Shown here in pieces: positions 1-13,674 of a stretch of DNA of 64,000 nucleotides. A program made the position numbers and the translations under genes. A model generated the notes under the pieces. The model did not search any database. It was given only the letters and a program-made list of their open reading frames with translations, and was not told where the DNA came from. This stretch comes from Hemiscyllium ocellatum (lineage: Eukaryota), in assembly GCF_020745735.1 (NCBI RefSeq), contig NC_083419.1, positions 30,340,085 through 30,404,084 on the forward strand. The letters are read 5' to 3'. Each line of letters opens with the position of its first letter. Positions within the stretch are counted from its first letter, which is position 1.

Positions 1-467
1 GGCAGTAGCTCCTAAATATAATTCGCCAGCAAAGTCATTGTGCCTAACATAACAGACACAGTCACAAAACAGCACCAAAGGTTCTCACTATAATATTCCC
101 TATTTTCATTTGTAGAAGAAAGTTATATTTTATTCAAGGAAACAGTCCTGAATTGGAAAAGCTAACACATCTTTCCTCTACTTGAAGACAATATGGACAT
201 CACACGCAGGGCAAATCATTGCAATGGTGAATGATAATACTGGAGGAAGCTTTGAACTGTCTTTCTGCATTTTGTCCTCTTCTTCTTTATGTTACTCATA
301 TTTATTGCTGATGTTTTTGCGTTTTGGAATGACCCTGCCATCAAACCCCACCTCCTCCGTCATGAGGAGAACCACAGAGTACCAACCAGTTGTATTTCAG
401 TTTGATTGCAGTAGCTGTGATTGTTAAGTGACAGCATGTTTTGGTGTCACATATACCTCTGTGAAGT

Positions 468-1050
468 TAAGAACATGAGAAATAGAAGGGGGAATTTAAT
501 AGGCTCTTTGAGTGTTTTTCACTGTTCAACAAGATCGTGGTCCAACCTTTACCTCAGTTGCACCTTCCGGCACTATCCCCACATTGCTCGATTCCCTTAG
601 TATCCAAGTGCCTATTATTATCTAACTTGAATATAGGTAGAAACTGTCATCCAAAGTTCTCAGCAAGGGAGAATTGTAAAGGTTTACAAGCCTTTGCAAC
701 AGTGACGATATTCTTCCCCTGCCATTCTCTTTGCTTCAATTACATTCATTCTTCTAAACTCCAGACAATTGTATCCATTCCAGCCATCTTGCATACGACA
801 ATCCACCATCCTAAAAATCTGTCGTGAGAACTTCTTTTGCACTCTTTACAAAGCATGCATTCCCTTCCTTAAGTAAGGAGACTAAACACATCATATCTAA
901 CCCTTCTAAATCCCTTTGCCTGCTTATATGCTCCTCATCCCTTACTTCATCACCTAATTTTATATCATCAGCCAAATTAGACATTTACGCTTGATGCCCT
1001 TATCTTAGTCATCAATATAGAATGCAAATGACTGAGGCCCAAATACCACT
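468..1050 (-). mobile_element. Old, decayed CR1-type LINE 3' fragments
   Basis: CR1-like 3' end (aagaacatgagaaatag) at left; antisense RT motif tatatcatcagccaaattagac (SKFADD-like) near 960-985. Confidence 0.6.
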
Positions 1051-1291
1051 TCTTTTGAGAGATAATAGCATCCCTCTATCTGTGAGAGTGATGGGAATGT
1101 ATCCTCACAATTTGATGAGCTCTGATGTAATCATCTGTTATACTTCTCTTGATGGCTGAACAAGCCAATTTTTAAAAGACAATGTCTACAGTAAGTATAC
1201 AAAGGTATTCCTTGTCAGTGATGCAGGATGATCTTTGATGGTGTTTTGTGTATAGGGCTGACATCTGCTTTTGGAGGTTCTGAAAATACAT

Positions 1292-1422
1292 AGTTAAAAA
1301 TCACACAACTCCAGGTTATAGTCCAACAGGTTTAATTGGAAGCACGCTAAATGGAACCTGTTGGACCAAAACCTGATGTTGTGTGATTTTTAACTTTGTA
1401 CACCCCAGTCCAACACCAAATC
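1292..1422. mobile_element. Mini inverted-repeat PLE derivative (family 2) with 12-bp TSD
   Basis: Arms ~1292-1331 and ~1353-1394 are reverse complements; extra tail ttgtacaccccagtccaacacc on the right only; TSD CTGAAAATACAT at 1280-1291 and 1423-1434; arms resemble the termini of the PLE at 53688-55914. Confidence 0.8.
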
Positions 1423-1799
1423 CTGAAAATACATGTCACTATGGTGATGAACTCCTACCACAACTGGAGTTACCATTTGCATCAATTGATTTCCACTCAT
1501 GATGATTAATGTTGAGGGCTCTCATATCTCTTTTGACAGCAGTGTTGAATTAGAGATTTGGAGGCTCTGATGATCACAGAAGGGGCTCTTGGCAGAGCAG
1601 AGGCTGTATACTGGCTGGAGAGACTTATATGCACAGCTCCTTTTTCACAGTGAGCTAACCAGTAACAGTGAATCATGTCATTGCACTTGATGCATGACAT
1701 TGCTTTGTGGTAAATGACTGACATATTAATCCTAGAATTACCATTCTTGTTTCACCCTGCCACCCTGAAAATGATGAACTTGTTCCTTTACTCTGCTTT

Positions 1800-2040
1800 T
1801 TGTCTTTTAATAAATTCTCAATTCCTGTTACAATATTATTCCTTAATCCCATCAATTCTAATTTTCTACATTAACCTATTGTATGGCACCTTATCAAATG
1901 CTTTAAGAAAATTCAGATACACTACCTTCACTGATTCCCTCAAATCAACCCTACAAGTTACATTGTCAACAAACTAGCACACTGACCTGTCATAAATTAG
2001 TATTGACCCTGCCTAATTATACCATGATTTCCTTAATGCC
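1800..2040 (-). mobile_element. CR1 RT fragment
   Basis: tatggcaccttatcaaatgcttt is the antisense of the KAFDKVP motif. Confidence 0.6.
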
Positions 2041-2949
2041 CTGATATGATGTTGCAACATTGAAAGTATGGCAACTGTAGGAAGAGGGATCATGCATGTG
2101 TAGTCCCTGCAACTTCCACCTGCTTCCAGTAAACCCAATAGGAGGTAACCCACAATTCATGTCATCCTTTTCTACTGACCTCCCAATTCCACCATCAAAA
2201 GCATTTTGGCAGGGATCAGCAAGCTTTCACAACAAGGGCCACGAGAGCTGAAATTTAGCAAGAAAAAAATTGGTTGTCAACCTTCCAACTCAAACCCAGC
2301 TGTCCTGTAATGATAATACTTTGGAGTAGAAGTTCTTCCCTCTTCTGGGAAGGATTGTAGTACAGTGAGCTCTCAGCCAATCTCATTTTATCAGCTGCTG
2401 TGTCAACACATCAATGCCAAGAAAGAGCAGCAACCATTGCTGGGACTACATTGGTTCCTGAGGAATAGCAGTGATAGAATCCACAAGTTAAGGTAAGTCT
2501 GGGATTTTAGACAGGCCTAAATGGCATATCCCAGCAGATGCAAGCAGGTGGGTAGGGGTTGAGGGCACAGCTGCCTGTGTTAACAGCAAGTATGAGAAGC
2601 TGGAAGGCTAATGGTTAAATGGGAGGGGTACATCCAATGGATAACAGCAGAATACATCAGACTTGACTGAGAGCCAAGAGGCTAATTTCTCTGTTGAAAT
2701 CTGAGTCCCCGCTTGAATAATAGCTTTGTATGTCCAAACTCGGCTATCAATTCTACAATCATTTTACCCAATATTAAGAGCTTTCAAGAACCTCAAGTTT
2801 CCATTATAGGTGCTTTAGAGAGTCTAGATAATTATAACAGTTTTACTGCTCTGTAGTGGAAAGTTTTGAATGAATTATCTCTTTTGTAAGTTTGCTGTTT
2901 TGCACTTAGTGTTGTTTCCATAGGGTTCATTGCTTTTCTGTAAAAGTCC

Positions 2950-4060
2950 GTTTGTCTCTCCAGCCTGCTCCAGCATTCAATAAGGCTACAGTTCATCTTA
3001 TTGTGGCATCAACTCCATATCACATTCCCATCAACCCCAGTAACAATTTATTTTCTTTTTCATCAAGAACCTTTCTATCAATGCCTTAAAAGTATTCAAC
3101 CACCTCACCTCCAGATTTCTCTGGAGAGTTCCAAATACGCCTGATCCACTTCAAGAAATAATTAATTCTTATGTATGTCTTAAATGAGAGACACCTTATT
3201 TTAATTGATGTCCCTTGGTTCAAGTCTGTCCCACAAGGGGAAGCATATTTTAGCAAATCTGTCAAATCTTCAGGGAGTCTTATACGTTTCAGTAACATCA
3301 CCTGTCACTCTTCTAAACTCCATAGAATATAGGCCTGACCTTTCTAACTTTACCTCATACATTAAACCTCACCCCCACCATCACTCTATCCCAGTTATCA
3401 GTCAATTTGGCCTTCTTAGGACAGATTCAAATGCATTTACATCTTTTTCAAAATAAGGAGACCAAAAATATACACATTATTCCAAATATGACCTCACCCT
3501 TGCTTTGTACAACTATAACAAAACATCTCTACTTTTTTATTTCATTTCCTTACAAAAAAAAACAACATTCCATTGACTTTCTAAATCATATAGTGTAACA
3601 TTTTGTCATTCATCTTGTTACAATCAGGTCATGACTCTATCTCTTGGTCAACCAGTGATTTGTTTTGTTTTTAGCATGGCCTATTATACTTCAATTAAAC
3701 TTAATTAACCTAAACAAAAATGAAAGAAAGCTAATACCAAGGTTTTCTTGAATGAAAAAGAGTGAAGTTTAATTGCCCAAAACAGAGAACAAATGCACAT
3801 CTAGAAAGGTGTACCTGATGCAAGCACAAAGGTAAAGGCAATTGCAGTTTAGTTTTTTTGACTATTAGAGTTGCACAAATGTAATGGCCGGACTTCAGGT
3901 TAAGTGCAGCACTTTATCAAATGCCTTCTGGAAATCTAAGTACAATATACCCATTAGTTCCTCTTTATTCAGGTTTGTTGTTACTTCCTCAGAGACTTGT
4001 AATAAATTAATCAAACATGATTACAAAATCGTGCTGACTCTGCCTGACCATACTAAGATT
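2950..4060 (-). mobile_element. Decayed CR1 fragments (3' end and RT), interrupted at ~3600-3900
   Basis: Antisense RLRGDL-like segment near 3270-3290; actttatcaaatgccttctggaaatctaagtac (YLDFQKAFDKV) near 3911-3943. Confidence 0.6.
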
Positions 4061-4679
4061 TTCTATTTTCCCTATGAGCTGATGTCTTGCTCAGCCTCTT
4101 GAAGATCTTGTCAATGGGCTCAGGAGGATGAGAATCCAATTTTCAATCTTTAACTTTCAAAGTTGAATAGTATGCTGCATGTTTGGGCACAGCTGTTGGG
4201 TTCATTGTGAACAGAAATTAAAGTCTTTTCATATTAATGGTGATAAATGTTTTGGTTTGCTCTATTTTGCACCAGAACATGAGCAGAATGTTTCATTTCT
4301 CTGTTTGGCTACTTTCTTCTCTGGTTAGGCTGATGGCCCTTTAAGGAGCTGCCCGCTCTTTGCTGCAAAGTAGCAGTAGGTCCCATCTCACCTGCAACTA
4401 CTGCATATGCTCTGTCAATGGTTCCTACTTCCTAGTAACCCTCAGTCCCACTAATAACGAGCTCACTTTGAGCCCTGTACATTCAAAGACACAGCGACAC
4501 AGATGCAGCTTGAGGTCTGAACCCAGTAATTATCCAGGGTTGCATTTTCAATCACAAACTGAAAATTAAACCTCTGATATTCAGAAACTGTAAACTATAA
4601 AGATGCATTCAAGATACAATAAATACTTCCCATGGCAAGACATAGCCATGCAATATTCACATGCAATAAAAAAAAGGAC

Positions 4680-4885
4680 TGAGCAAGCCTGACATCATCA
4701 ATAGAGGACGAAGTAGAGTTAATCTTTTAAGTCCAGTATGACCAGAACTAACCTGAGGCAGCGCCATTTTGCACTCAAAACATTAACTTTGTTTCTCTCT
4801 CCACCAATTCTGCTAGAGCTGCTGAATTTCTCTGGCATTTTATTTTTATTTTAGATTTCCTGCATCTGTAGTATTTTGCTTTTCA
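4680..4885. mobile_element. Old PLE pLTR-derived short element
   Basis: Ends ...gatttcctgcatctgtagtattttgc, similar to the ccagcatctgcag tail of younger PLE copies and to 21995-22160 and 63480-63633. Confidence 0.5.
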
Positions 4886-6877
4886 TATTTGATGGCATGA
4901 ATATTCTATGGGTAATTATTGATAAGTATAAAGCATTAAATCTTTATAAAGATCAATATAGTGATTACTTTATATCTTGGTACTTTTTGCAAAAGAAAGA
5001 CTTGTTTCTTTTTAAAGGTTTCTCAGCACATATTTTCTTTAGTTGTTTGACATGGCAAGCTGACTCCTTATTCAGGGAGACTTCACTTCTACTGTCCATT
5101 TTCCATTTCCTGCTCAGGTTTGTGTTGGTATGTAATATTAAAGCCACAGGCATTGCTTTGAGATTCTAGCATCATGGTTTATACAGTAATGTTTGTGAAA
5201 TATTTCATTGTGCTCAAATTGCTTTATTTTCTATTCTCGCTTTTGCAGCAAAACATCTTTCTTGCTTCACTTCGAAAATGGATTGTTCAGCATTTTGCCA
5301 AAATAAGTTAAATGTTCCTCTTAAAGAACTGTGACCAGAAAAGAAATTCAGGCTAAAAGCTAAGACCAATGTCTCACTGCAGCACCCTATCCATAACCTA
5401 TCTCCAATAACCCACACTGGGAAATAACTTGCCATATTATTGGTTACTTCCTGCTTCTTGGATGCTGCCAGACCTGCTGTGCTTTTTTCCAATGCCACAC
5501 TTTTCGACATTATCAGCTTTGTATAGTTTGGAAAATAGAGCAAGGATACTATTTGTGTTGATGGTTTTGCTCAGAGATGATCTTAGTTTTGACAGCTGTC
5601 AGGATGCTAGAATTGGCCTTATTAACTTTGAGAGAGAACTTTGGAGAGAAGACAAAATATTTCTCATCAATTTATGCAGAAATGCTCCATTTAAACAGCA
5701 TTCTGCAGTGGTTTCTACTTTCCAAGATGGAATTAGACTGTAAAAATGATAGTAGATGTCATCAATATCAAAAAGGTAACCTGCCAAAAGTAATAACAGA
5801 AATAACTGTCAGCAGTATCAATGGAATTAGCCTGCTCAAAGTAACAATGAAAGTAGCTGCAAGCAGTGAAATAGCCCTGCCAGAGGTAATGATAGAAGTA
5901 TCCTGCCAGCAATAAATCTAAAACAAATGCTTAAATCTAAAATAACAGAAAAACCTGAAAGTACTAATTAAGTTAGTTACTTTCATATCCTATGCAGGTT
6001 GTTGTCCCTACTCCCCAACCATTGCATCCATGCTCCTCATGCTACCCATATCACCTTGATAGTGACTCACCTAATATCTATGATGGTCAGCCCACAAGAG
6101 CCACATTGAGATGAACAACACTTCAAAAATGCTAGCTCTCAATTAAATTAAATATTTACTTGTTCAATTAACAATTAAATATTAATTGTTCATTAAACTA
6201 AACAATATTAATAAGAATTAAATATCTTGTTAATATTTAACAGGTTGTGAATCACAAAACTCAATCAAACAATATGAGTGGAAGCCTCTTAAAGCTGGCA
6301 TAAATGATATCTATGTAACACCATTTTCTGAGATGTAGTTTTGAGCTTTTGAAACACAGCCAAGCATTCATAATGAACTCAACTGTGATAACAGCTCTTG
6401 GAAATTGGAACTGCAGGGATTGTACCTTAGTAAGTGACAGCTTGAACTTTTCTCATGTACTGAAAGTTGTTAAGATTGTAAACTCAACTCATGCAACAGC
6501 CCTTCGGCATCATTTGTTTAAAGCCTTACACGATGCTGCCTACAACAAACTAATCCTCCATGGTGACATGATGTAGTTAATTTGAAGCAAGGCCCAGAAA
6601 CCATTTTAAGATCTGATGCCTGAAATTGTCACTTTTCTGAATCAAGGAATGAAGTATGCAGTGAGCTGTTAGACAATGTGTGGTTGCTCAACTTCAGGTT
6701 TTCTTTTAGTCAAAACTGAATGTGTTGAATTGTGAACTGTAGAGAAAGGACAGAGATTTAACACATATGCTTAATACTGTGAATGCACTTAAGGTGAAAT
6801 CTCCCAAGGAAAAAACAAAATTCTGGACCACTTCTTTTGTCTGGGAAAAAAAATAAGAGAAAATATCAAAGACAAGT

Positions 6878-8246
6878 TACTCTGTTCAAGAAGGGGTTAA
6901 AAAAAAGATAATCGAGAAAACTATAGACCGGTGAGTCTCATGTCAGCAGCTGGCAAGTTTGGAGAGAATGCTTAGGGATAGGACTTACACGCATTTGGAA
7001 AAGCATGGCCTAATTAGAACCAATCAACATGGCTTTGTGGAGGGCAGGTCATGCCTTACTAACTTGATTGTATTTTTGAGGAGGTGACAAATGTAATCAA
7101 AGAAGGTAGAGCATTGGATGTTGTTTACATGGAATTAATAAGGATCCTCATGGTGGGCTCACCCAGAAGATTAAGATGCAAGGGATCCATGGTGACTAGG
7201 CTACGTGGATTCAGAATTGGCTTGCCCATAGAAGATAGATAGTGGTGACTAGTAGTGTTCCACAGGGATCTGTGCCCTGTACTTGGACATCTGCTAAATG
7301 ACTTAAGTGAAAATGTAGATGGGTGGGCTAGTAAGTTTGCAGGTGATACAAAGATCAGTATTGCAAATAGCGAAGAAGGTTGTCAAAGGATACAGCAGGA
7401 TATAGATCAGTTGCAGGTATGGGTAGAGAAATAGCCGATGGAGTTTAATCTGGGTAAACATCATGTACTACACTTTGGGAAATGAAATGTTAAGAAAAAG
7501 TATACAGTTAATGGCAGGACTCTAAACCACATTGATGTTCATAAGCATCTTGGGTTTCAAGTCCACAGCTCCCTGACAGTGGACACAAAAGTAGGTGGGT
7601 TGGTGAAGAAGGCATGCGGCATGCTTGCCTTTATTGGTCGCGGAATTACATTCAAGAGTCAGGATGTCATGTTGCAGCTTTGTAAGACTTCGTTAGGCCA
7701 CACTTAGAGTATTGCATTCAATTCTGATCACCACATTACAGGAAGGATGTGGAGGCTTTAGAGAGCGTGAAAAAGAGTTTTACCAGGGTGCGGCCTGGAT
7801 TAAAGGGTATGAGTTGTAAGGAGAGGCTAGAAAAACACGAGTTGTTTTCTCTGGAGCGGCAGAGGCTGAGGGGACAATTGATAGAAATCTACAGAATTAT
7901 GAGATGCGTAGATACAGTTAATGGTCGGAATCTTTTTCTCGAGTTGAAATGTCTAATACTAAGGAGCATGCATTTAAGGCGGGGGCAAAGGTCAAAAGAA
8001 ACATGAGAGCACGTTTTTTACACAGAGAGTAGTAGGTCTCTGGAATGCACTGTCGGGGTGGTAGTGGAGGCAGATAAGGTAGGGCATTCAAGGGACTTTT
8101 AGATAGCGCATGAATATACAATAAATGGAGGCATATGGACTAAGGACAGGCAAAAGGAGTTAGCGTTATTTAGCATCACGTTCAGCACGGCATTATGGGT
8201 CAAAGGGTCTGCTCCTGTGCTGTACTGTTCTACATTCTATGTTCTA
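6878..8246 (+). mobile_element. CR1 LINE, 5'-truncated (RT region to 3' end)
   Basis: Degenerate NYRPVSL, NQHGF, SCLTNL, VPQGSV, KFAGDTK and RLRGQLIE motifs; terminal ttctacattctatgttcta microsatellite. Confidence 0.9.
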
Positions 8247-10204
8247 AAGAAAAAATGGGTCTATCCAGAAAGTTTCTGTGGAAATCTGAGGAATTTTGTG
8301 GAATTCAATAAGTAGTTTGAGAAATTAGATGTTACGGAACAAATTATCATGTCTCAAATTAATTCCTTCAAGTCGACATCAGTAGAATGGCTGCCAAATT
8401 CCCTTAGATGTTTGATTGTCAAAGCAATGAAGTTGGAATGGAGATAATTACTATACAAATGATAAGGAGTAAAAAAAACAGATCAAAGCATAGTGATTTT
8501 GGGGGATTCATAAAAAGAGATAAGTACTCTCTTCCATCACCCTGCACCTTCAAAGTTATTTTGATTCCATATACTTCTATGCGGAGGTGTCATCTTACAT
8601 AAATACAGTAAAGTCCCAGCATCGTAACCGTCTCACAGACACCCGTGTGATGGGCTGTATTGGACAAGTATCTCAAACTACAATGCAGACCTTAAGGCAC
8701 GGGCAGATAATGTGCCATCACAGGGTTCACACTGAGATATGATGAGTAGAGGACCAAATGAATAATTATACACACCTAGCTTTAGATTTTATAGCACCAA
8801 AAATAAACAGATAATTTTATGTTTTCTTTTGGTGCATTTAAATGCAAAAATTGATTTTGTACTTGAAAAAGTTGGAGACCACTCATTTGTAGCATATTAG
8901 TCACATCTAAATTTTCTATCAATGGGGCAGAAGACATTACCAATGCCAGTGCAGATGTAGTACTTTAGCTTGCATGGTAAGAGTTAAATGAGAGATTACA
9001 CCCACAACGTAAATCACTGGACAACATTTCCTATTAAGTGTACTGAGGGAAAGTTATCCTGTATGGTTGATGTGGACTAATATCACTATGCTAATAATCC
9101 CATACCATAGCAAACTACAGAATTACCTTACCATTGGCCCATTATTTGTTGTTCTATTTTACAACTTTAACTTGAAACTACTGCTGGTTTATCTTTAACC
9201 TTTTAGCATTAAAAAAAATGCTGTGGCAAAATTGTGCTTTTTTTAAAAATTGCAAATATTTCACAATTTCATTTGTTATTTTAAAAAACGCACCAGTATG
9301 TTAAAAAAGGAAACCACTTACAGTTAAAATAATTGAGAATAATACTTCATATGTATATATTGAATTGGATTTTATTCTCATGAGCTGCACAAGCGCTAGC
9401 AGGGAGGACCAAAGGAAAAGCACGTGGGTTCACAATTTTGGATAGATCATTAATTCATGGCCAATTGGTAGTTTTGTCATGTAAAGAATTGGAGCAAATG
9501 ATGATGTGATGCTCACTAAAGTTGACATTGAGTTCATAGCTTAAACCCCTGTTAGAAATTCACAATGCCAAGCCCTTGCTTTTTCCCCATGGACAAGTGG
9601 ATTCCTGAATATTGTGAGAATCCAATGAGGCAGGTGAGTTTGTGAAACTTGAGGAAACCCTGCTGATGAATTGGGACATTTTTAGCCATTACATTGAGAG
9701 GTTGTGGTCAACATTTTCTCATTTCCCTTTTTCTCCTCCTTGTACCATCACATTCCCTCCATATCACAAGGCCTCTTCCACCTGCATAATTCCTTCAATT
9801 ACCCCCATGCCTCTTCCATAAAATAACATACATTCTTCATACTCACTCTCCCTATATCCGTCATGTACAGAACCAATGAATCATTAGCACATCTGGCAAG
9901 TCATTCAAATGTTCCTAAAACTGATGCTATAAGCATAGGGACTGTTATTAAATTTTACTTTGAAATAACTGCTCAACTTACAATCTCATACTAGTTTCAA
10001 TCAACTGCAGCCATCCATAGTATCAATGCCAAAAACTTCTAGGCATGCACCAAACTTAATCTTGTTGTACATTAACAAACATGTATTGAAAAACCATATC
10101 AAAGAAATAATAACTTTGTAAAAGGCAATACAGATGTCAATCAAACAAAGCTTTCACCCCACTGCAAAGCATATCAACTAACTCCTGCTGAACCGAGTGT
10201 ATAA

Positions 10205-10462
10205 CATGGGTAGTACTGCTGCCTCACAGCACTTGGGAACCAGGATCGATTCCAGTATCAAACAACTGTCTGTGTGGAGTTTGTACATTCTCCCTGTTTC
10301 TGCGTAGGTTTCACCCCACATTCCAAAGATGTGCAGGCTAGATGGATTAACCATGGGGAATCGGATGGGGGATGGGTCTGAGTGTGATGCTATTTTGAAG
10401 GTTGGTGTGGACTTGATAAGCTGAATGGTCTGCTTCCACACTTTAGGGATTTTGTTCTATGA
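10205..10462 (+). mobile_element. HE1-type V-SINE
   Basis: tRNA-like head (actgctgcctcacagc...gatcgattcc) followed by V-domain gtggagtttgtacattctccc. Confidence 0.85.
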
Positions 10463-10658
10463 ATGACCCATTCCCATAGCTCAGAAAACATCCATGATGT
10501 AGTCATCTGAAAAAAAATCACTTTTTGTCCATCTGTCCTAATTGCTTTTCTGTATACCATTCCCACTTGCCTCTATTGTTATCTTGGAGCTGCCTAAGAT
10601 GGCAGTAGACCCAATTCGTGTTTCTTAAAGCATAGCAGAAGATTCAGCCTGTTAGGTA

Positions 10659-10840
10659 TGTCAGTGAAGGATTTTAAAAAGGAGTTTGAGTCCTGTGTTC
10701 AGTAGCACAAATCAATCTTTATTCAAAGCTCCTTTACCACATGTGTGGGAGAGTCCAGAGACCGCTCCAAATCTGACTTGCACATGGGTCCTAGTAATCC
10801 TTTTGATTATGACCTGGGTCTGAGGAGAAGTCAGTGACAC
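10659..10840 (-). mobile_element. LTR-like repeat; uninterrupted paralog of the repeat split by the PLE at 13677-16136
   Basis: Its reverse complement aligns across ~13610-13676 joined to 16147-16210; AATAAA present, ends in ...CA. Confidence 0.7.
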
Positions 10841-11184
10841 TCTACCTTTACCAATAAAGAAGAAAATATTTATACATACTACAATAAAATGATTACATGC
10901 AACACTGACATCAGTGTATTCCACATCCCCTCTGTCCTACATATCCAATCCTGTGAATACACAATCAATGATGGACAACTTCATGGCCAACTTTAGGTCT
11001 TCTCATCATCTCATGATGCTTACCAGACTTCCTCTCACCTGTCCTTGGCTTCTTACAATATATCATTTTGAAAAACATTTGAACATTGATTGTTATGTCC
11101 CTTGCTAAACATTTGCCAGCTTCATTGTACTTTTGACGACTTTTCAAATTGAGACATGCAAGTCATGTCCCATGCTGACTTTAG

Positions 11185-11356
11185 CTGAAAATGTGTTGCT
11201 GGAAAAGCGCAGCAGGTCAGGCAGCATCCAAGGAGCAGGAGAATTGACGTTTCGGGCATGAACCCTTCTTCAGGAAGGGCTGCCTGACCTGCTGCGCTTT
11301 TCCAGCAACACATTTTCAGCTCTGATCTCCAGCATCTGCAGTCCTCACTTTCTCCT
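11185..11356. mobile_element. 172-bp inverted PLE mini-insertion (family 1) with an HHR motif and 12-bp TSD
   Basis: TSD TGCTGACTTTAG at 11173-11184 and 11357-11368; left arm is antisense pLTR with HHR (~11243-11276); right arm is sense pLTR with the tail. Confidence 0.9.
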
Positions 11357-12571
11357 TGCTGACTTTAGTACAGCAGATAAAAAAAAGTTAATTTCTACCA
11401 ATTACTATATTATTTGTAACGTCAGCTCTATTATAAAGTTACTTAACAAGTTATATATAGTTAAACCTCATACTATGATTCTGTGACAAAGCTAACAATT
11501 TTGGGAACAGTTTCTTTCTTTCTCAATTTGGAAATGTCAAACCTAGTCTCTCAGTCTGGTAGCTACCTTTTATAATTTCTTCTGTTTTGCATTCTGCAAG
11601 ATAGTTTAAAAAAGAAATTTGATGACAAGGTGGACTTTATTGTCATTACTTTAAATGCTTTCATTTACTACCTATTCAAATCCCATCAATAGGAATAAAA
11701 TGTAAGCACTTTTATTGTTCCATCAAATCACTAAAAGAAGCCCATTAGGATTCTTTAGAATGTTTATTGGGTTTGAAATAATGATTGTTTAATTGCTCAA
11801 GATCATAGTGATCCTGTTTCACAATTGTCTCTGCCCCGCCTTGCTACATTATTTGTCTCGTGGCACTGTTACGAGGTTATTTTGTTTCTACTTTTCTGTT
11901 GTTCTAGTCTTTCTGCAAGGGTCTTTATTGAAGTTGACTGCCTCAGAAATCTCATAGCTAATAAATTTAAACTATCATTATTGTACAAATATGTGTCTAC
12001 TCAAATATGTAGTTATAATTATTTAAGAAGCCTCAACTCAAATGAGTCCAGCTTTTCCTTTCTATTTCATATAAAAATCAGAAATTTAAAATCAGATGTT
12101 TTTTTTTATCTAAGCTGTCTTATTGGAGTCTTGCTGTCTGCATTCTAGCTCCATCTTGCTCAGAGGCATTTTGTTGTAGGCAATGAAGGCCACAATTTGA
12201 GCTCTATGAAATACTACATCAACTAAAATTTTCTCCGATTGTCTGAGTCAGTTTATAAAACACTCGAACAGACATTTTGTTATATTCAGCCATGGGAAAC
12301 TGCAACAACTCTGCCTTCTAGATATTTGGTTTGAGCACCAAGCTAGCCTATATCTTAAGGTCATTGACTTATGCAATAATTCGTGTTTTCTCAACTCTTT
12401 GCCACCTTCCACTCCACTTTTTTTTATTAATTGTTCATTGTCATGTCCAATTAACCTTTAAGGATGAACACTTAATGGTATGTTTCAAAGATACAATTTT
12501 TAATTACCCCTTAACCAAGGTCTCACTTAAACATGTACATGTTGATTATTGTTTAATCGAAAGTTGATTAT

Positions 12572-13392
12572 TGTTTTGACACGGAGGCGAACCTCTCTGT
12601 TAATTAAACCAAACACCCAAAAAACCTAGCCTCTCCTCGTAATCTGTTAAAATATGAGTGACAGAGAACTCCTAAATTACACTATGTAAAGAAAATAATA
12701 TCACTTTATTTTCTAACTCTAAAAGAGAACATTAAACAAAGATTATTCACAAATCTCAGCCCCCACCTTTCTCTTAACTGCTTACTTTCTGCTTTCAACT
12801 CTATAACAAAATGCTGTTCTAATAAGACACTTATTAAAATTACATCAACTTAATTTCATAACCACACAGTCTCTGTCTTCTTCCATGTCTTCACTTTTCT
12901 GTTTGCTGATCTCCCTGGGTGGTCTTCTTTCTTTTAACTGTGAGTATGTTTCACATGAAAAGGTATCTTTAATAAAGAGTATTTTCTAATTTCTTTGATA
13001 CCAAGATATTAGATGGGCAATTAGCTTTCCAACAGTTTCTCTCTCCACAGCAGTTGCTCTCTGACCAATGTTCAAAATGTCTACATTCGCATATGCCCCC
13101 AACGTCAGATCATCTTATTGGTTCAATGTTGGCAAAATAATAAATTCAGATTTGATTGGGCTTTAGTATCCTGAAGCATAATTTAAGCTGATTGGTTAAA
13201 TTCAAATTGTTGTCCAAACACCAACCAAAACTCAGGTAACTATTTCACACCCAAATGTTGTATATTTTCAATTTCCTAGTATACTCTGGGACTGCCATCC
13301 AGTCACTTACACAGGTGCTTATATTCTCCCGGTTCAAAACAGCATTCTCTCTCTCTTAAAGGTACAGTACATGCCTTTAACTTATTTTCACT
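12572..13392 (-). mobile_element. Solo Ty3/gypsy-type LTR
   Basis: Starts tgttttgacacgg; termini resemble the reverse complement of the LTR at 28819-29531; antisense AATAAA near 12705; right end approximate. Confidence 0.65.
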
Positions 13393-13674
13393 ACATCCAC
13401 CCTTTATTCAAAGCCTCACATAAACAAGTAGATGTTGTTCAATAATCACACACTGATTATACATATCTTAAAGTTTAGGATTGGCTCATGCTTAACTGGC
13501 AAGAGATTATGCATGGAATTAAAGGATTCTCCAGCTTTTCCTTCATTTTTTATCCATCTTATCACTGACCTCCATCTAACCTGAGCCACATTTAAGAAGG
13601 CAACTGGGATCCAGGTGAAAGCCAGATTTGAACAGTCTCTGGCCTCTCCTACATGTGTGGTAAAGAAGCTCTGA

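Noticed and set aside
330-460. VVFQFDCSSCDC resembles a GIY-YIG first motif
   Set aside because: No YIG/YVG half-motif or other PLE sequence nearby; too weak to call
6140-6240. AT-rich stretch with short hairpins (aacaattaa-ata-ttaattgtt)
   Set aside because: Expected in low-complexity AT sequence
11185-11356. Palindromic short repeats as DNA-transposon MITEs, terminators or CRISPR-like repeats
   Set aside because: Arms match the 3' pLTR of the RT-encoding PLE; TSD lengths vary; copies are dispersed with no spacer array; the context is eukaryotic
12541-12576. 14-bp direct repeat gttgattattgttt next to the LTR edge
   Set aside because: A local duplication that partly overlaps the LTR terminus, not a TSD; no further structure
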